Positions 60,201-64,000 of a DNA stretch of 64,000 bases are shown in pieces. The notes beneath the pieces were generated by a model. That model was not told the origin of the DNA and searched no databases. It saw only the letters and a list, made by a program, of their open reading frames with translations. A program made the position numbers and the translations under genes. The DNA is from Raillietiella orientalis (lineage: Eukaryota): contig JAYWIR010000061.1 of assembly GCA_036172245.1 (NCBI GenBank), positions 62,001-126,000 on the forward strand, in the 5' to 3' direction. Within the stretch, counting starts at the first letter, position 1, and each line of letters starts with the position of its first letter.

Positions 60201-62000
60201 AGAGCTGCCGCCGCCTCCACGAAATTCCTCATCCAGCCGTAGACGGGGAGAACTTGCGAGGAATCGAAACGCAAGTTCAGTTATCCTATTCAGTTATCCA
60301 CATATTCTTTTTATTTTCACTTCCTCCCCCCCCTCTCCATTCACTTTCCATGTGCAAAGCCTTACTAAAATCCTTCACCAATTTCGGAGACACACGAATC
60401 ACAAATGACTCAAAAGTGAGCAGCCTTGACGGCTAGCATTCAATCACAAACAAAAGGAATTCCGTCCGGAATTTAACAGGAAGATCAGACGGCACCCATG
60501 AAGATTACGAGAATGGCCTCCCCGTGAGAAAGATGCAGGTGTGGGAGACGCTTGGCATCATCATTCACAGAGTGTAAAAAGTTTCTGAGATAACGGACAC
60601 CAACTCGGCATACGGCTCCAACTTATCTTCATCTTACTGGAACCTACACTTTCAGACGTTGAAGGAAGGGACCTTCAAAAAGGGGATTTCTCCCTGTCCT
60701 TCCGTTGCTGTGCCCACCAAAGATGCTAACTCCTATGTATGTCCGATCTTCTCTACGAGGGTGGTTTCCAGGAGACGAAACTTCGCTTTTATTCTCGGCA
60801 GACGAAACTCGCACGAAGGGACTTCGCCCGTTTTCCTAGAAGGGTGAAATACTGACGAGATACGGTCTTGTGGGGACCATCGAGCCCACGGCGCGCCTTC
60901 AAAGATATGACGGAAGCTTGTCAGGAGATGTCGCCTGAGATCTCTCATCACTTCGGGATGGCAGAGAAACCTCCCTGACGAAGGAACGAGTCGGAGCTCG
61001 TCACAGTTTTCCAGCAAAGCACGGCTCCATCAGACCAGAGGCGTTCTTCCATAGCATTAAGGAGGCTGACAACTTGCCATCTCTGGAAAACGGAAAGAGT
61101 TACCTTCCGCGCGACTGCCAGCCATAAGACATCCCGTGAGTGTCTGCCCTTCGGGAAGGAGCCCCTCCGACTTTTTTGTATGAACATTTGTTTACAAGGA
61201 AAGATTAGGGATTAATTCTAGGCGCCCAGACCGAGGAACACATCACCTCCCGCATTTCCCTTTCCCAGGAAGATAAGATCGAATGCTGGACCGGCTGCTG
61301 GAGGGAATTCTTGACGAATAAATGTGACATCAACTTGAGAACAGCACTCCCAGAAAGAGGAGGAGAGAGGAAGAAACAAAGAGGGGAAAGGCAGAAGAGG
61401 ATCCGTACCAACAGTTCCGTTTGCCGCCCTTCCTTCGAGTTGCGAGTCTGAGCTTTCGAGCTGTCGACGAAAAATCGAGAGTTGTTTTCCTCTTCGTCAG
61501 CAAAGCAGTAACATCCCGCCCTTCTGTTTCTGCTTCTACCTTGCTCTTCCTCTAGCTCATTAAGGATTTTTGCCGCCATGAACATGGTCGCTGCGAAGAC
61601 AATGTTTACCAGAGGAACCTATTTGCACGTTTCCAGCTTCTGCTTGGTAATCAACCGCATCTGCATGCTTCATTAGATGGCACTCTGATCAGCTACTATC
61701 GGCACATCACTTTCAAAGATCATTAACCGCGATCATTATCGCGACCATCTCTCCTCCGTGCGAATGGGAAGCTGCCTCCGTTCTCAAGAGAGCCGCCACC
61801 TCCACGAGATACCCCATCCAGTTGTAGGCTGTGCAAGCTCACGAGGAATCGAAATCGGCTCGAGTTTTCGCTTCGGGAGACTTGCAGCTTTAAGGCCCAC
61901 CCACCGAGATAAGGAGTGAGCTTCCAATGGTGCAGCCTTCGCGGATGCAAGTGTCCCTTCCTCCTCTGAGGAACGCACAGAGGCGAGAAGGAATCCAGGG
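57230..62000 (-). pseudogene. Decayed P-loop/helicase-like gene with an internal duplication
   Basis: IGSSGK/IVFAATMFMAAKIL (about 61620-61560), AFEFLTVC and LETRTGRREVTVM (motif V/VI-like, about 57440-57350). Duplicated segment at 60146-60269 and 61739-61854. Confidence 0.35.
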
Positions 62001-62449
62001 TTCCCGCTGTGTCCCTCAAACGAGATCGCGGGTAGTGCGCGTTCCCTACGGAAACTTCGAAAATTCGTTCTGTCGTCCCCTCCCTCTGCACAGGGTGACT
62101 TCGGCCGCGCTTCCTCTCAGCGCCCGGCCCGAATCTCCCGGTGCTCATGGCACTCCGGAAATGATCAATAATTGCCTTTGTATGTTACAATTTGCGAGCG
62201 ACCATAAGTGCACAATACCTCGTTAGACACGAGAAAGAATGCACTTCATCTAAGAAGCAGACCAACGCTTTGTTGTCATGAAATGAGGGAAGATACCAAG
62301 CGCGGAGGTCGTTTCGTTCTTTGTGCTCCAATTAGATCCACAGAAGCTGATAACGAAGTTCCGTGTAACGCGCAGGGTGTGTGGAACCAGCGGGAAAACA
62401 GGTGCTCGAACCTCGATTAACTCCGGCCTTCGATTTTACAAAGCAGCCT

Positions 62450-63480
62450 GACGCCGTTGGCAACCCTGACTGCCTGGTCCGACTTCGAATTTGGAATTCG
62501 GGAAGCGAGGGGTCGAGAGCCACCGGTGGAGAGGGGAAGCATCCTCTAGTTCCTCCTTTCCCCTCGTTGCGTAGATGAACTCACCAGGGAAACATCAGCC
62601 CATTTCCTTCCCGTGGCGACCCACGTTCGCGGCCGCGAAAAAGGTCTTTGCGCTGTCGAAATTCCCTTGGAAGTGCGATGCCACTCCGGAGGGCGCGCGC
62701 TCCCGTTCAGAGGAGCCTCTTCGAGGTTCCGAGAGAGGTCAAGTTTTGGGAAAATTCGGCAGCCTTCCCTAGTAGGCTCAGGAAGGTCATCTTTCCTCTA
62801 GCGACTTCTTCTGAAGGCCTCCCTGCGCCACTCTAGCGGAATTCGGACGAGGAAATCGGAAATCCACACAGAGACCTCTTCGCCTAATCTTTTGAGTGAC
62901 GGGCGGAGAATGCAGAACAAGAAAGCTGAGAGTAGCCGGATGCTGCACGGACGGATGACCCTCATTTGCTTACTCTCGGCAGGGAAGCAGCTGCGACTGC
63001 TGCCGTCGCTCAGCATCCCCTCGAGGATTTCCTGTCTGCCCCCCTTCCCAAACCTGGTTACCTTGCTGCTCACTGCCGGAGACCACTGCGGACTGTCTTC
63101 TGACGAAAGGATGCTTCCGGGAAGATGGCTCCGTCGGTTCATACCCCTCGGTTGCATGTCGATGGAGCGAAATCATCAACCCGCATCCATCAGGTCTTTT
63201 GTGGATTGTTTGCGGGGAGAGCTGCTGGATCCATGTTTTGCGCGTTGGTCGTCTCAGGAAAGGTAGGAGGATCATTAAGGTGGAGCGAAAAGAAGCTTCC
63301 AGGCATCGTTTTTCTCCCCTCCACCTTGCCTTTTTCCTTCTTCTCTGGCCTTCTTTCGTGGAAAGTCATTGATTATTTTTCCACGAGATGCGACAGTTCT
63401 TCCCATTGTCACGAAGATACGGCGAAGGGAGATAACCCTTGCGTGCAGTTGATCTCGAACGTCTTCCCTCACCACTGATT
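62450..63480 (-). mobile_element. Decayed LINE RT fragment
   Basis: LEGMLSDG, KQMRVIRPCSIRLL (RPISL-like), PNFPKT (DFxKAFD-like) and HGKEMG.CFPG (GVRQG-like) appear in order, but are very degenerate. Confidence 0.35.
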
Positions 63481-64000
63481 TCCGAACGGCGTCTTTGTGA
63501 AGCCTCCGGCCGACAGGATGGGCGCCTCCTCCCGTGAGCGCGTAGCTTCTGCATCCACTGGAACAGCGAGAAGCACTTCCGTGCTGAGTAGAGGCCTTTC
63601 GTTTCCTGGCAAAATTCAGGCTCCGTTCCCTCAGGAGCGCTCGAGTTCGCGAGGCATCGGTCGGATCACCCTCTTGTGTTTCGGCATCCCTAAGAGAGTT
63701 AAAAAGGGGAGGGAAGAATGTAACGAAGGAGCAGAGGAGTCAGGAGAATAAAACCCTCCGACTGTCGAGCAGCACGCGAGCAGACGCGTGTGGACCGGCG
63801 GTGAGTCGCTGCGTGATCTCGCGATCCTTTCCGGACGAACCGCGAATGACTCCCCGCGGCGCCTTGCAGGGGAGGCGAGCGTCTCCTCTCGGGGACGAAG
63901 AGCACTAGGCGGTTGGCCAGGATCGGTGAGACGCGGCAACCCTCGGGTTACGCCGTTCCGAGGTTCTTGTCTCATGGGTGCGCTGCGTCCTTCATGGGTT

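Overview
Eukaryotic (animal, most likely arthropod) genomic DNA. It contains one gene that looks intact: a spliced, + strand SoxD-group (Sox5/6/Sox102F-like) HMG-box transcription factor. The GC-rich twin-CCAAT promoter is at about 16.2-16.4 kb, followed by a non-coding exon 1 and six phase-compatible coding exons (16798-49700, 1614 nt, 537 aa by my model). The two HMG exons are secure; joining the upstream exons to them is inference. Almost everything else is decayed interspersed DNA. (i) About eight fragments of non-LTR retrotransposons (gag zinc-knuckle, APE, RT, RNase H-like and zf-RVT motifs). (ii) Five to six copies of a long (about 0.7 kb) tRNA-derived SINE whose body is an array of about 41-bp units carrying cUUCGg-type hairpins. 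(iii) A probable decayed IS3EU-like integrase. (iv) Several multi-kb pseudogenes with frameshifts and stops, bearing remnants of Schlafen/AlbA_2, SF1-helicase, NACHT and NB-ARC-like motifs, many nested in the SoxD introns. No CRISPR, rRNA or intact tRNA was seen. Domain calls on decayed sequence were made by eye across frameshifts, so they are tentative and their boundaries approximate. I cannot support a complete novel system. The best leads are the structured SINE and the dispersed NTPase pseudogene family.
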